Below, in pieces: positions 9,757-18,917 of a stretch of DNA of 64,000 nt (positions are counted from its first letter, which is position 1; each line of letters opens with the position of its first letter). A program made the translations under genes and the position numbers. The notes under the pieces were generated by a model, which made no database searches, was not told where the DNA came from, and saw nothing but the letters and a program-made list of their open reading frames with translations. The stretch is from Alphaproteobacteria bacterium (GTDB taxonomy: Bacteria > Pseudomonadota > Alphaproteobacteria > SHVV01). The stretch covers positions 4,640,001 through 4,704,000 of the forward strand of contig OZ253470.1 of the NCBI GenBank assembly GCA_965261735.1, given 5' to 3'.

Positions 9757-10490
9757 GGGAATGCTCCCGATGTTGGGTTTCGAGACACGGCATCGTACCG
9801 CTTCTGGCGGTGCGGAGCGTTCCCACCTTCCCCTGCTCGACCCTGCCGTCGTGACAAAATCCTGCCTTGGAGCGGCCCATTGTCACGAATAGCCGTTTTC
9901 GGCCGTTCGTCTCGACACAAAAACGCACTAAATCAATCACTTGGATTTTCCATACCAGACCCACACCCATCGAAAGTCTCCTCTTCGAAGGCATAGGTCG
10001 CAACGTCCTTGTTATCGAAGGTGACCCCGTCGATTTCGAGGGCTTCGAGGCGGGCGCGACCTACATCGAGCATGGGAGCAGAAACGTCGACGCCTAGCAC
10101 GCGACCCTTGGCGCCAACCCGGCGGGCAATCTCGATCGTGGTCGCCCCACTGCCGCAGCCGGTATCCAGCACCGTGTGCCCAGGTTGGATGTCACAGGCG
10201 TCCATTGCGGCTGCCCCCAGAGCATCAAGCATAACGTCCTGGCTGTCCGCGAGCGAAGCCCACCGGTCTCCCGCGGGGCCGTTCCAATATTCGATCTGCG
10301 GGGCGTTAACCCCGACTGCTTCCAACCGGCCCATAGGCTTCCTCCTTCGACACCAAGGATCCTTCCTGAGGTCCTTGCGGTTGGTCGAGCGTGTTCCGAT
10401 ACTGCCCGAAAATCAAGGCAAGCGGGCTGGAAGGGCTGACGCGCTGTGGCAAACGACATCGCGCTATGGTTGGCGACACCAACGGCCAGC

Positions 10491-10570
10491 GAATGTCTGT
10501 TCCCTGGGCTATACCCCGAAGTGACCGAAGCTCCGCCGGAGTTCTGCTTTCAGCGCACCTAGCGGACATC
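10491..10570. repeat. Degenerate palindromic units upstream of the methyltransferase
   Basis: GTTCTGCT-TTCAGCGCACCT-AGCGGACAT, plus a more decayed ATGTCTGTT...CCGAAGT unit. Confidence 0.45.
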
Positions 10571-10634
10571 GGTGGGGCATTCTATTACGCGATTATCAAC
10601 TTGACACGTCACGGCGGGCGAGTACGCTTCGGGC

Positions 10635-11075
10635 ATGGACCAGAGCAAGATTCTCCTGGGCAAGGCCCTGTACGTGGTGCGGCTTCTGGGCTGGTTGTTG
10701 TTCTTCGGAGGTCTCGTATGGAGCGTCGTCTCATGGATTTGGGGCGGAGGCTTGAAGGAGTTGAGCACACCGGAATATGCCGCCTTCACTGCCATGTTCA
10801 GTGTGGCGTTCATTCATATGAGCTGGCATCTGCACCAGCCTTTCCGCCCATCCAATCGCTTGGGAGGTATGACCGATGAATTCACCAGCGTGCGGGTCAG
10901 TCTTGAATGGTATGTGAACCCCGGCCGAATTGGGCAGGTAGAAATAGAAGGGCGTGATGAGGAAAACGCTCGCAAACTAGCGAGAGCTTTAGACGGATTA
11001 CGTATTCCCCATCCACCTGTGACAGAAGGGGATCACTGCGGGCTGGCACAGATTTCTCGTCCGCCTTGGTGCTGA
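10635..11075 (+). CDS. Hypothetical membrane protein (IS passenger)
   Basis: 146-aa ORF with two hydrophobic N-terminal segments, inside the IS1595 inverted repeats. Confidence 0.45.
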   Translation: MDQSKILLGKALYVVRLLGWLLFFGGLVWSVVSWIWGGGLKELSTPEYAAFTAMFSVAFIHMSWHLHQPFRPSNRLGGMTDEFTSVRVSLEWYVNPGRIGQVEIEGRDEENARKLARALDGLRIPHPPVTEGDHCGLAQISRPPWC

Positions 11076-11210
11076 AGCGAGAGTTCGGAACATACGCGGC
11101 GCTCGGCGCCTATGGGGAAAGATGCAATCGGAGGCGGGCGGTGAATAAAGACAATGCCTATCCGCCCGAGATCGCATGGCAACGCTTCGATGCGCTCTTG
11201 GACCGGATGC

Positions 11211-12065
11211 TTAGAAGCGGGCCACCAGATCGCCAAACATCGGTCCAGGCCGCTTCCGGCGGTTATAGCGATACTCAAACTCCTTCACATACTTCTGAAG
11301 GTGCTTCCCGGACACATGAACGTGCGTCCCGCGAATCGACAGCTTCAACCGCGCCCAAAAGCCCTCAATCGAGTTCACATGGCTAGAGCCGCGCGCGTAC
11401 TGGCCCGCGCTGTGGTTGACGGTCTGGTGCGTATACCCAATCGTCGCCAATCCGCTGTAAGACTTGAGTTCGTCAGTATGAACGGTGCTACCCGGCTCGA
11501 CGTTCTCGGAGATAAACGCCTGCAAAGTCCGCTTTCGAACGTTCGGGACAACGTTCGCCATCACGTCGCCGTCGCGCTCCAGCATCCCGAACACCACGGT
11601 CTTGTTCGGAGCGCCGCGACCGCGCTTGCCACCGGTCGTACGGCCACCAACATAGGTCTCGTCGGCTTCAATATCGCCGTCCAGCGGCCACTCTCCGTCA
11701 GTATTAGCCATGTGTTTGCGGATCAAATGGCCCATGCGCCAAGCCGTGGGATAGGACACGTCAAGTTGGCGCTCCAGTTCCTTCGCGGGGACGCCGTGGC
11801 GCGATGTGGTGAACAGGAATATGGCGTAGAACCACTTGTGAAGCGGCAGATGCGTGCGGTGCATGAATGTGCCTGCGCACGGATAAATGTGGTGTTTGCA
11901 GTGCTGGCAGAGATACGCGCGATCACGTGCCAGGCGGTAGAACTTCCCATGCGCCCCGCACTTCGGGCAGTCAATCTCGGTGCCGCCGTAACGCTTCACC
12001 ATTATGTGGTGAAGGCACGCCTCGTCATCGGGAAACTGCTGCTGAAAATCGTAGAAAGTCGTCAT
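11211..12065 (-). CDS. IS1595-family (ISXO2-like) transposase
   Basis: Zn-ribbon CPKCG...CQHC, EADETYVGG, VHTDE, HVNSIEGFW, YVKEFEYRYNRR. ATG 12065 follows GGAGG. Confidence 0.92.
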   Translation of the reverse strand: MTTFYDFQQQFPDDEACLHHIMVKRYGGTEIDCPKCGAHGKFYRLARDRAYLCQHCKHHIYPCAGTFMHRTHLPLHKWFYAIFLFTTSRHGVPAKELERQLDVSYPTAWRMGHLIRKHMANTDGEWPLDGDIEADETYVGGRTTGGKRGRGAPNKTVVFGMLERDGDVMANVVPNVRKRTLQAFISENVEPGSTVHTDELKSYSGLATIGYTHQTVNHSAGQYARGSSHVNSIEGFWARLKLSIRGTHVHVSGKHLQKYVKEFEYRYNRRKRPGPMFGDLVARF

Positions 12066-12179
12066 TATTTCCTCCTGTCCCCTGCATATGGGGATTGAGA
12101 TGTGACGTGTCAAGTTGATAATCGCGTTCTATTATCTAATGATGACGTCGTTCATGAGTACATGACCCAATGCCGTCCG

Positions 12180-13544
12180 ATGAGCGATAGCCTCACCGAG
12201 AGCTTCGTCACCTTCGCCACCGGAATCGGCGAGCACAATATCCCTGATGCCGCCGTGAGGGCCGTTCGCACGGGCTTCACCGACGGCGTCGCGGCGATGG
12301 TCGCCGGCCTCGCCGAGCCCGTGGCCGACGTGCTCCTGCGCACCGTTCGCGCGGCTGGCGGCGCACCCCAAAGCCGCATCGCGCTTCGCGAGGAGCGCGC
12401 GCCGGCGCCCGAGGCGGCGCTCGTCGGCGCGGCGTCCGCGCATGCGCTCGACTTCGACGATTACGCCTTCAGCTGCCATCCGAGCGCGGTGATGGTGCCG
12501 GCGATCCTGGCCGAGGCCGAGGTCGCGGGCGCGAGCGGCGCGGATATGGTGAGCGCCTATGTCGCCGGCTACGAGATATGGGCCAAGCTCATGAGCCGCG
12601 AGCCCGGCCACCTCCATACCAAGGGCTGGCACCCGACCGGCGTGTTCGGTCCCGTCGCCGTGGCCGCCGCGATCGCCGTGCTCGGGCGCTTCGATGCCGA
12701 TACGACGCGCCATGCCGTGGGCATCGCAGCCTCGCATAGCAGTGGTGTGATGGCCAATTTCGGCACGATGACCAAGCCTTATCACGCCGGGCGCGCCGCG
12801 CAGGGCGGCATCGTTGCGGCGCGCCTCGCCGCCAACGGGCTGAGCGCGGGCGATCGTGCCGTCGATGCCCCAAACGGGCTTCTCGCCGCTCTGTCGCCGG
12901 CTGGCGCCGTCGATCTCGAGACACCCATCACCACGCTCGGCCGCGACTGGTATATCGAGCGCCACGGCGTCAACGTGAAGAAATATCCGATGGTCGGTGC
13001 ATCGCAGCGCTGCATCGACGCGGCGCTGCAGCTAAAGACCGATCACGGTATCGAGGCGGCCAGAATCGCGCGGATTGTCGCCCGGGTCAGTCCCCGGCAT
13101 GCCGAAGTCATGCCCTTTCACGCGCCGGCCACGGGCCTGCAGGCGAAGTTCAGCCTAGAGTTCGCCCTCGCCAGCGCTTTCCTCACGGGCCGCGTCGGCC
13201 TCGGCGAAGTGACCGATTCCTTCGTCCAGCGCGACGACGTTCAACGCCTGATGCGCCGCGTCGAGATCGAGCGCAGCGCCGACGACGATCCGCTCTATGC
13301 GAACGGCGCCCGCGCCGATCTGGTCACGGCGTGCATGGACGACGGCGCGGTTCTCGTCAGCGATGAGGTAACCCGCGCCCGCGGCCATGGCCTGGTGCCG
13401 CTGTCGGCGGACGAGCTGTGGGCCAAGTTCGCCGACTGCACCCGTGAGCGCCTGTCGGATCGGGAGTCGCGCGCATTGTTCGAGGTGCTGCAGCGGATCG
13501 AAACCCTCGACTCGGCGGCGGAGATACCGAGCGTCCCCGCTTGA
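12180..13544 (+). CDS. MmgE/PrpD family protein
   Basis: Motifs AHALDFDD, HPS, GWHPTG, GTMTKPYHAG and AKFSL. Confidence 0.88.
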   Translation: MSDSLTESFVTFATGIGEHNIPDAAVRAVRTGFTDGVAAMVAGLAEPVADVLLRTVRAAGGAPQSRIALREERAPAPEAALVGAASAHALDFDDYAFSCHPSAVMVPAILAEAEVAGASGADMVSAYVAGYEIWAKLMSREPGHLHTKGWHPTGVFGPVAVAAAIAVLGRFDADTTRHAVGIAASHSSGVMANFGTMTKPYHAGRAAQGGIVAARLAANGLSAGDRAVDAPNGLLAALSPAGAVDLETPITTLGRDWYIERHGVNVKKYPMVGASQRCIDAALQLKTDHGIEAARIARIVARVSPRHAEVMPFHAPATGLQAKFSLEFALASAFLTGRVGLGEVTDSFVQRDDVQRLMRRVEIERSADDDPLYANGARADLVTACMDDGAVLVSDEVTRARGHGLVPLSADELWAKFADCTRERLSDRESRALFEVLQRIETLDSAAEIPSVPA

Positions 13545-13553
13545 TGCTTGCGC

Positions 13554-14387
13554 CTACCGCTTCAGGAACTCCTTCGCCAGGCTGACGACCCTCTCCGAGT
13601 GCTCGATGTGGGGCAGGTGGCCGCACTTATCGATGACGTGGAGCTCGGCCCTGGGCATGCTCTCGACCGCCACCTCGATCCTCTCCCAGTTGGCGCGCGG
13701 GTCCTGCTTGCCGGCGATGACCAGCGCTGGCACCTCGACCTGGTCGAGCTTGCCCACGATACGGTGGCCGATCGGTCCCTCCGCGTTGACGCGGTTCTTG
13801 TTGGCCTTGGTGTAGAACTCGACGCGGTCGGGCTGGGCGTACTGCGTGACCTGCATCATGAGGACGCCTTCCGGGATGCTTTCCGGGTCGTAAACGATGT
13901 TGGACAGGCGCCGGCGGCAGTCGGCGAGGTCGGGGTTGGCCATGGTCTTGGCCGAGTTCTCGAACGCGGCGCGCATCGACTTGCGGTAGTTCTCGTCGGT
14001 CGCGAAAGCCGAGCTGCTGCTGAGCATGATCAGCTTTTCGACCCGGTCCGGGACCTCGAAGTAGAGCAGGCCGACGATCAGCGCGCCGTAGGAGCTGCCG
14101 CAGGCATAGAATTTGTCTATCCCGAGCGCGTCCATGAAGTCGATCAGGTGGCGCACGGTGTAGGGCTGCGGAAGGTCCGTCCCGATGTCGACCGAGTCGG
14201 TAAAGCCGTGGCCGACGTTGTCGGGGGCGAAGACGGCGAAGTCCTCGGCCAGCGTGTCGATGCAGCGAATCCAGGCGTCCGCGGCCGTGCCGCCGCCGTG
14301 CACGAGGAGGAGCGCCTTGTCGTTGCCTTCGCCCTCGTAGAGGTAGCGCGTCCGCAGACCGCCTACGTCGATGAATTTCGCCTTCAT
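13554..14387 (-). CDS. Alpha/beta-fold hydrolase (meta-cleavage-product hydrolase-like)
   Basis: LVHGGG, PDNVGHG, nucleophile elbow GSSYG, GKQDP, CGHLPHIE. ATG 14387 follows AAAGGAGG. Confidence 0.85.
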   Translation of the reverse strand: MKAKFIDVGGLRTRYLYEGEGNDKALLLVHGGGTAADAWIRCIDTLAEDFAVFAPDNVGHGFTDSVDIGTDLPQPYTVRHLIDFMDALGIDKFYACGSSYGALIVGLLYFEVPDRVEKLIMLSSSSAFATDENYRKSMRAAFENSAKTMANPDLADCRRRLSNIVYDPESIPEGVLMMQVTQYAQPDRVEFYTKANKNRVNAEGPIGHRIVGKLDQVEVPALVIAGKQDPRANWERIEVAVESMPRAELHVIDKCGHLPHIEHSERVVSLAKEFLKR

Positions 14388-15470
14388 GCCGCCTCCTTTG
14401 CCCGCCGTGCAGGTCCAGTGCCGATCCACATGTTAGCCGCGCCGATGCCCGCGTGTCTTTCTTGCGCGGTATGGGCGCGGTCGGCTGGGAGCGAGAGGCG
14501 CGCTGTAACCCCACGAGGAACAACCGATGTCCCAAGCGGTGGCCAGATCCAAGCATCCCTTCCGCCCTGAGCCTGAATATTCGGGCACGCTACCGAGCTA
14601 CTACTACTGGGACCCGGAAATCTACGAGCGCGAAAAGGAGGAGATCTGGTTCAAGACCTGGCAGCTCGTCGGCCACACCATCGATCTCACGGAGCCGGGC
14701 GACTACTTCACCGCCGACATCCTCGATCAGAAGATTCTCGTGTGCCTCGGCAAGGACCGGAAGATACGCGCCTTCTACAATGTGTGCATGCACCGCGGCC
14801 ACGTGCTGGCCGAAGGGAAGGGATGCAAGAACATCTTCACGTGTCCCTTCCACGCCTGGTCCTATGACCTGACTGGCGCGCTCAAGGCCGCCGGCAACGC
14901 CGAGAACGTGGCCGGCTTCCGTTACGAGGAGTTCGGGCTGGCGGCGGTGCAGGTCGAGGTCCTGGCCAACATGGTGTTCGTCAACCTCGACCCGAATGCC
15001 GGCTCCCTCGCGGACCTGGTCCCGGGGCTCGAGGACGACATCCGCGCCTCGGTGCCCGACTACGATGACCTCAAGCTCGCCCGCATCGACGTGCTCGAGG
15101 TCCGCGCCAATTGGAAGTCAATCCTCGACGGGCTCGAGTGCTACCACTGCCCGATTATCCATCCCCACGTGTCGACCGGCAAGGAGGGCTATATCGAGCG
15201 CCGTTTCGTGGGCGACGAGTACGGCTACTGGCAGAAGCACACGTCCTACGGCAACCGCGAGGTCATCGAGAAGCACAAGGAGCGACTACCGCACGATCTC
15301 GGGACGGCCCAGGTCATCGACGTCCCGATCTACTACCTGTGGCCCAACCTCATCCTGATCGCGCACCAGGGGCCGAGCAACTTCAAGATCCTGCGCGCGG
15401 TGCCCGACGGGCCCGAGCACACCTATCGCATCAACCTTGCCTATCCGGTTGACACCCACACCCACTAGGG

Positions 15471-16625
15471 CTAGTGGATTGATCGGAACGAAAGAGTCCG
15501 ATTTGAGATTCCGTATTGTGCGGTGTCATGCGAGTCTGTGCTATGCGCACCGGCATCCATTTTACTGTCACGTCTGGCGACCGTCAGCGATTGCAAGCTA
15601 TCGTCGCGGACCCGAAGAGCTCGCAGAAACATGTCTGGCGGGCGCGGATCATCCTGAAGAGCGACGAGGGGCTCGGGAACTCGTCGATCATGGCCGAGAC
15701 CGGCAAGTCCAAGACCTGTGTCTGGCGCTGGCAGGAGCGGTTCATGCACGAGGGTGTCAACGGCTTGCTTCGCGACAGGTCCCGTCCGCCTGGCAAAGCG
15801 CCGATCCCGCCGGAGCGCGTCGCCGAGATCGTCCGCCTGACCCAGCAAGCGCCGCCGCACGAGGCGACCCACTGGACGCTGCGCGCGATGGCGAAGGTTG
15901 CTGGCGTCGCGGCGTCGACGGTCCAAGCGATCTGGAAGGCCCATGGCCTCAGCCCGCACCGCTGGCGGCACTTCAAGCTCTCCAATGATCCCGCCTTCGC
16001 CGAGAAGCTCACAGATATCGTCGGCTTGTATGTCGATCCGCCGGCCCATGCCGTGGTGCTGTCGGTTGATGAGAAATCACAGATCCAGGCGCTCGACCGC
16101 ACCCAACCCGGCTTGCCGATGAAGAAGGGCCGCGCCGGTACGATGACCTATGATTACAAACGGCATGGCACGACGACGCTGTTCGCCGCGCTCAACGTGC
16201 TGGACGGTACGGTCATCGCACAGAACATGCAGCGCCACCGCCATCAGGAGTTCATCCGCTTCCTCAACCGCATCGAGCGCGAGGTGCCGACGGACAAGGC
16301 CGTCCACGTCATCCTCGACAACTACGCCGCGCACAAGAAGGACAAGGTCCGCGCCTGGCTCGCCCGCCATCCACGCTGGACCTTCCACTTCACGCCAACC
16401 TCGTGCTCGTGGCTCAATGCCGTCGAGGGCTTCTTCGCCAAACTAACGCGGCGCAGGCTCAAATACGGCGTCTTCCAATCCGTCGTCGACCTTCAGGCCG
16501 CCATCAACCGATTTGTCCGCGAATACAATGACGCAAACCCAAAACCCTTCATCTGGAAAGCCGACCCCGATCATATCATCGCCGCACGAAACAGAGGGTT
16601 CCAAACGTTGGAATCAATCCACTAG
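15471..16625 (+). mobile_element. IS630-family insertion sequence, copy 2
   Basis: Same ends and CTAG junctions as 1836-2990. The transposase differs by one residue (QDAI vs QAAI). Confidence 0.93.
15516..16625 (+). CDS. IS630-family transposase
   Basis: 369-aa ORF, near-identical to 1881-2990. Confidence 0.9.
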   Translation: MCGVMRVCAMRTGIHFTVTSGDRQRLQAIVADPKSSQKHVWRARIILKSDEGLGNSSIMAETGKSKTCVWRWQERFMHEGVNGLLRDRSRPPGKAPIPPERVAEIVRLTQQAPPHEATHWTLRAMAKVAGVAASTVQAIWKAHGLSPHRWRHFKLSNDPAFAEKLTDIVGLYVDPPAHAVVLSVDEKSQIQALDRTQPGLPMKKGRAGTMTYDYKRHGTTTLFAALNVLDGTVIAQNMQRHRHQEFIRFLNRIEREVPTDKAVHVILDNYAAHKKDKVRAWLARHPRWTFHFTPTSCSWLNAVEGFFAKLTRRRLKYGVFQSVVDLQAAINRFVREYNDANPKPFIWKADPDHIIAARNRGFQTLESIH

Positions 16626-16658
16626 AATGGGCGCAACCCGGATATAGGGGAGCGCGCC

Positions 16659-17603
16659 ATGGATGTTCTCGACCGCGCCGATCTCCCATTCCCGCATTCG
16701 CTACCCGAGTTCCAGCGACTTTTCCCCGATGATGCGGCCTGCGCCGCCTACCTGGAGAAAGCCCGCTGGGGAGACGGCTTTGCCTGCCCGCACTGCGGCA
16801 CGGCGGGAGAGCCGTTCCACTTTGAAAACCGCCCTGGCGTCCTGCGCTGCCGCAAGTGCCGCCAGAACACCGGGCTGACGGTGGGAACAGTGATGGAGCG
16901 TAGCCACACTCCGCTGAACGTCTGGTTCTGGGCCGCTTATCTGGTCGCCAGTCAGACGCCCGGCATGTCCGCCGTGCAGTTTCAGCGGCAACTTGGTCTT
17001 TCGCGCTACGAGACGGCCTTTCAAATTCTCCACAAGCTCCGCTCGGGCATGGTGCGGCCCAACCAAGACAGGATCGGTGGACAGCCCAAGAACCATGTTG
17101 AGGTGGACGAAACCTGGGTTGGCGGGCGAACGCGTGGGGAAGGCCGTGGTGTTCACCACAAGGTTCCCGTCTCCTGTGCCATCGACGTCGTGCTCGACCG
17201 TAGCGCCGAGTCGCTCTGTGGGTTCGTCGAGAGCACCGTCGCGCCGCGATCGCTGATCGTTACTGACGATTGGAGCGGCTATGCTGGCCTCGGTAAGCGC
17301 GGCTATGAGCACTTCGCTGTTGCCGAGTGTGGTGATCCAGAGGTTGCCGAGCAATACCTGCCGATCATCCATCTGGTTTTCGCCAACCTGAAGACGTGGC
17401 TGATCGGTATCCACCACGGCGTTAGCCACCAGCACCTACAAGCCTACCTCAACGAGTTCACCTTCCGCTTCAACAGGCGGTTCTACCCGTTCAACGCCTT
17501 CCGCTCATTGCTCGGCATCGCGGGCGACACCTCTGCTCCAACCTATGCCGAGCTTTACTCGGGAGAGTGGCGGCACCCTACATGTAGCGGTCATGGGCGT
17601 TAA
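16659..17603 (+). CDS. IS1595-family transposase
   Basis: CPHCG...CRKC Zn ribbon, VEVDETWVGG, VTDDWSGY, YLNEFTFRFNRR. The segment after HHKV looks shortened. Confidence 0.88.
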   Translation: MDVLDRADLPFPHSLPEFQRLFPDDAACAAYLEKARWGDGFACPHCGTAGEPFHFENRPGVLRCRKCRQNTGLTVGTVMERSHTPLNVWFWAAYLVASQTPGMSAVQFQRQLGLSRYETAFQILHKLRSGMVRPNQDRIGGQPKNHVEVDETWVGGRTRGEGRGVHHKVPVSCAIDVVLDRSAESLCGFVESTVAPRSLIVTDDWSGYAGLGKRGYEHFAVAECGDPEVAEQYLPIIHLVFANLKTWLIGIHHGVSHQHLQAYLNEFTFRFNRRFYPFNAFRSLLGIAGDTSAPTYAELYSGEWRHPTCSGHGR

Positions 17604-17881
17604 CCGGATAGGCAAGGCATCAACTACAACTACTGTCTCAACGACCCGCCGAGCGAGCACGACCTATTGCAGATGAACCAATACCGCGAGGTCGTGTGGC
17701 CGCAGGACGTGGCGGCGATGGAGGGGCAGGCGGCCGGGCTCAAGGCGCGCGGCTACACGCAGGGCCGGCTCATGGCAGACGCCGAGCACACGTGGCAGCA
17801 GCGAACACGGCACCCACCACTTCGACAAGCTCGTGTGGGAGGCGCTGAACGGCCCCAACTACGACACGGCCTAAGGCCCTC

Positions 17882-18892
17882 TCAGACCAAATAGAGCCTC
17901 TCATCCGCCGATGCGGCAAGCGCCGCGGCCGGGTCGGGTGAACGGGCCGCGTGAAACTCGAGCAGCTGACCGTCGGGGTCGCGGATGAAGAAACTACGCT
18001 TGCAGGGCCCGTCGATGCTTTTCTCGATGGTGACACCGGCGCCCTTCAGCGCGCCCTCCGCGTCCTCGACCGCGCGTTCATCGGCGAGCGCATAGCCGTA
18101 ATGGTGCACCGCCGCGGCATCGCCGCGGAACAGGGCGACATCGAACGCGTAGCCGGCATGCGCGCCGGCGAAGCACACGGCGTCGCCGTCGGCCGATTCG
18201 GCAACGCGTTCGAGGCCAGCGACGGAGCTGTAGAAGTCGACCATGCGCTCGTGGAGGCGCGTGATCAGCACCGCGTGCGTGATGCGCGTGGGGTGCAGGG
18301 TAGCGCCCTCGACTTGCGTGATCTCGGGGCTGGGGTGGTAGCGGATGTCGGTCCACGAGGGCTCGCCGTCGGGGTCCCACTCGCCCGTCATTTCGCGCGG
18401 CGGAATGTGGCCGTCGAAGCAGGTCCACCAGTCCTTGACCGCATCGGCGTACATCTCGTGGAGGTGCCCGTCGGGATCGAACAGGTAGATGCTGCGTGAC
18501 ACCGTGTGGTCGGCCACGCGGTGCAGCTCGAGCCCTGTCTCCTGCGCGCGGTGGTAGGCATCGACCAGTGCTTTCTGGTGTTCGAGCTCCCAGCCGAAGT
18601 GATTGAGCCCCGGCTGGATGCCCCGGCCCTTGGGAATCTGGACGTGGCCGCCGCGGCCGATGACGGGTTCCGAATCCTCGCGCACCTGGCTGATGGCGAT
18701 GTCGTGGTGGGTGTTGCCGTTGGACATGAGGGCCGACTTGCGGCCGCCCTGCTCGCCGAAGGCGACCTCGAACCCGCATAGCCGGTGGTAGAAGTCGAAC
18801 GAACGCTCGAAATCGCCGACGAACATGTTGGCGTGGCCCAGCCGGCGCGGCGAGAACCGCACCTCGGTGCGTTCTTTGGTCTGCAAAGTCAT
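17882..18892 (-). CDS. Two-domain VOC protein, extradiol (catechol 2,3-type) dioxygenase-like
   Basis: RLGHANMFV, THHDIA, GLNHFGWE, DH..SRSIYLFDPDGHLHE; second module ITHAVL...HHYGY...DPDGQLLEF. Confidence 0.75.
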   Translation of the reverse strand: MTLQTKERTEVRFSPRRLGHANMFVGDFERSFDFYHRLCGFEVAFGEQGGRKSALMSNGNTHHDIAISQVREDSEPVIGRGGHVQIPKGRGIQPGLNHFGWELEHQKALVDAYHRAQETGLELHRVADHTVSRSIYLFDPDGHLHEMYADAVKDWWTCFDGHIPPREMTGEWDPDGEPSWTDIRYHPSPEITQVEGATLHPTRITHAVLITRLHERMVDFYSSVAGLERVAESADGDAVCFAGAHAGYAFDVALFRGDAAAVHHYGYALADERAVEDAEGALKGAGVTIEKSIDGPCKRSFFIRDPDGQLLEFHAARSPDPAAALAASADERLYLV

Positions 18893-18917
18893 GGCTTCCT
18901 CCCGATGTCGGCCGCGC

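Larger units (their letters stand above)
6921..9968 (-). mobile_element. ISKra4/ISLre2-like (Mutator-related) element carrying a nested IS256
   Basis: 8-bp target duplication ATCGAAAG at 6913-6920 and 9969-9976. Imperfect inverted ends GGGTGCGAGTCTCGCATGG / GGGTGTGGGTCTGGTATGG. Confidence 0.8.
6418..10334 (-). pseudogene. Class I SAM-dependent methyltransferase split by a 3-kb nested IS insertion
   Basis: The 5' part 10334-9969 (VLDTGCGSG, GVDVSAPML...EETFD) and 3' part 6920-6418 (FDRVFSRFGVMFF...) rejoin in frame when the element and one ATCGAAAG copy are removed. Confidence 0.9.
10588..12126 (-). mobile_element. IS1595-family element with a passenger gene
   Basis: Perfect 25-bp inverted repeats CGCGATTATCAACTTGACACGTCAC (10588-10612 and 12102-12126). 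8-bp duplication TTCTATTA at 10580-10587 and 12127-12134. Confidence 0.93.
15436..17616 (+). mobile_element. IS1595-family element containing a nested IS630
   Basis: 8-bp duplication GCATCAAC at 15428-15435 and 17617-17624. Inverted ends CTTGCCTATCCGGTTGACACCCA / CTTGCCTATCCGGTTAACGCCCA. Confidence 0.92.
14527..17874 (+). pseudogene. CntA/YeaW-like Rieske oxygenase paralog 2, interrupted by IS1595 (+ nested IS630) and a +1 frameshift near 17800
   Basis: 14527-15435 (...HTYRIN) rejoins 17625 onward (YNYCLNDPP...RGYTQGRLMAD...WQ / SEHGTHHFDKLVWEALNGPNYDTA*). Stop is TAA 17872-17874. Confidence 0.9.

Noticed and set aside
11154-12098. 314-aa plus-strand ORF
   Set aside because: Antisense shadow of the IS1595 transposase; no recognisable motif.
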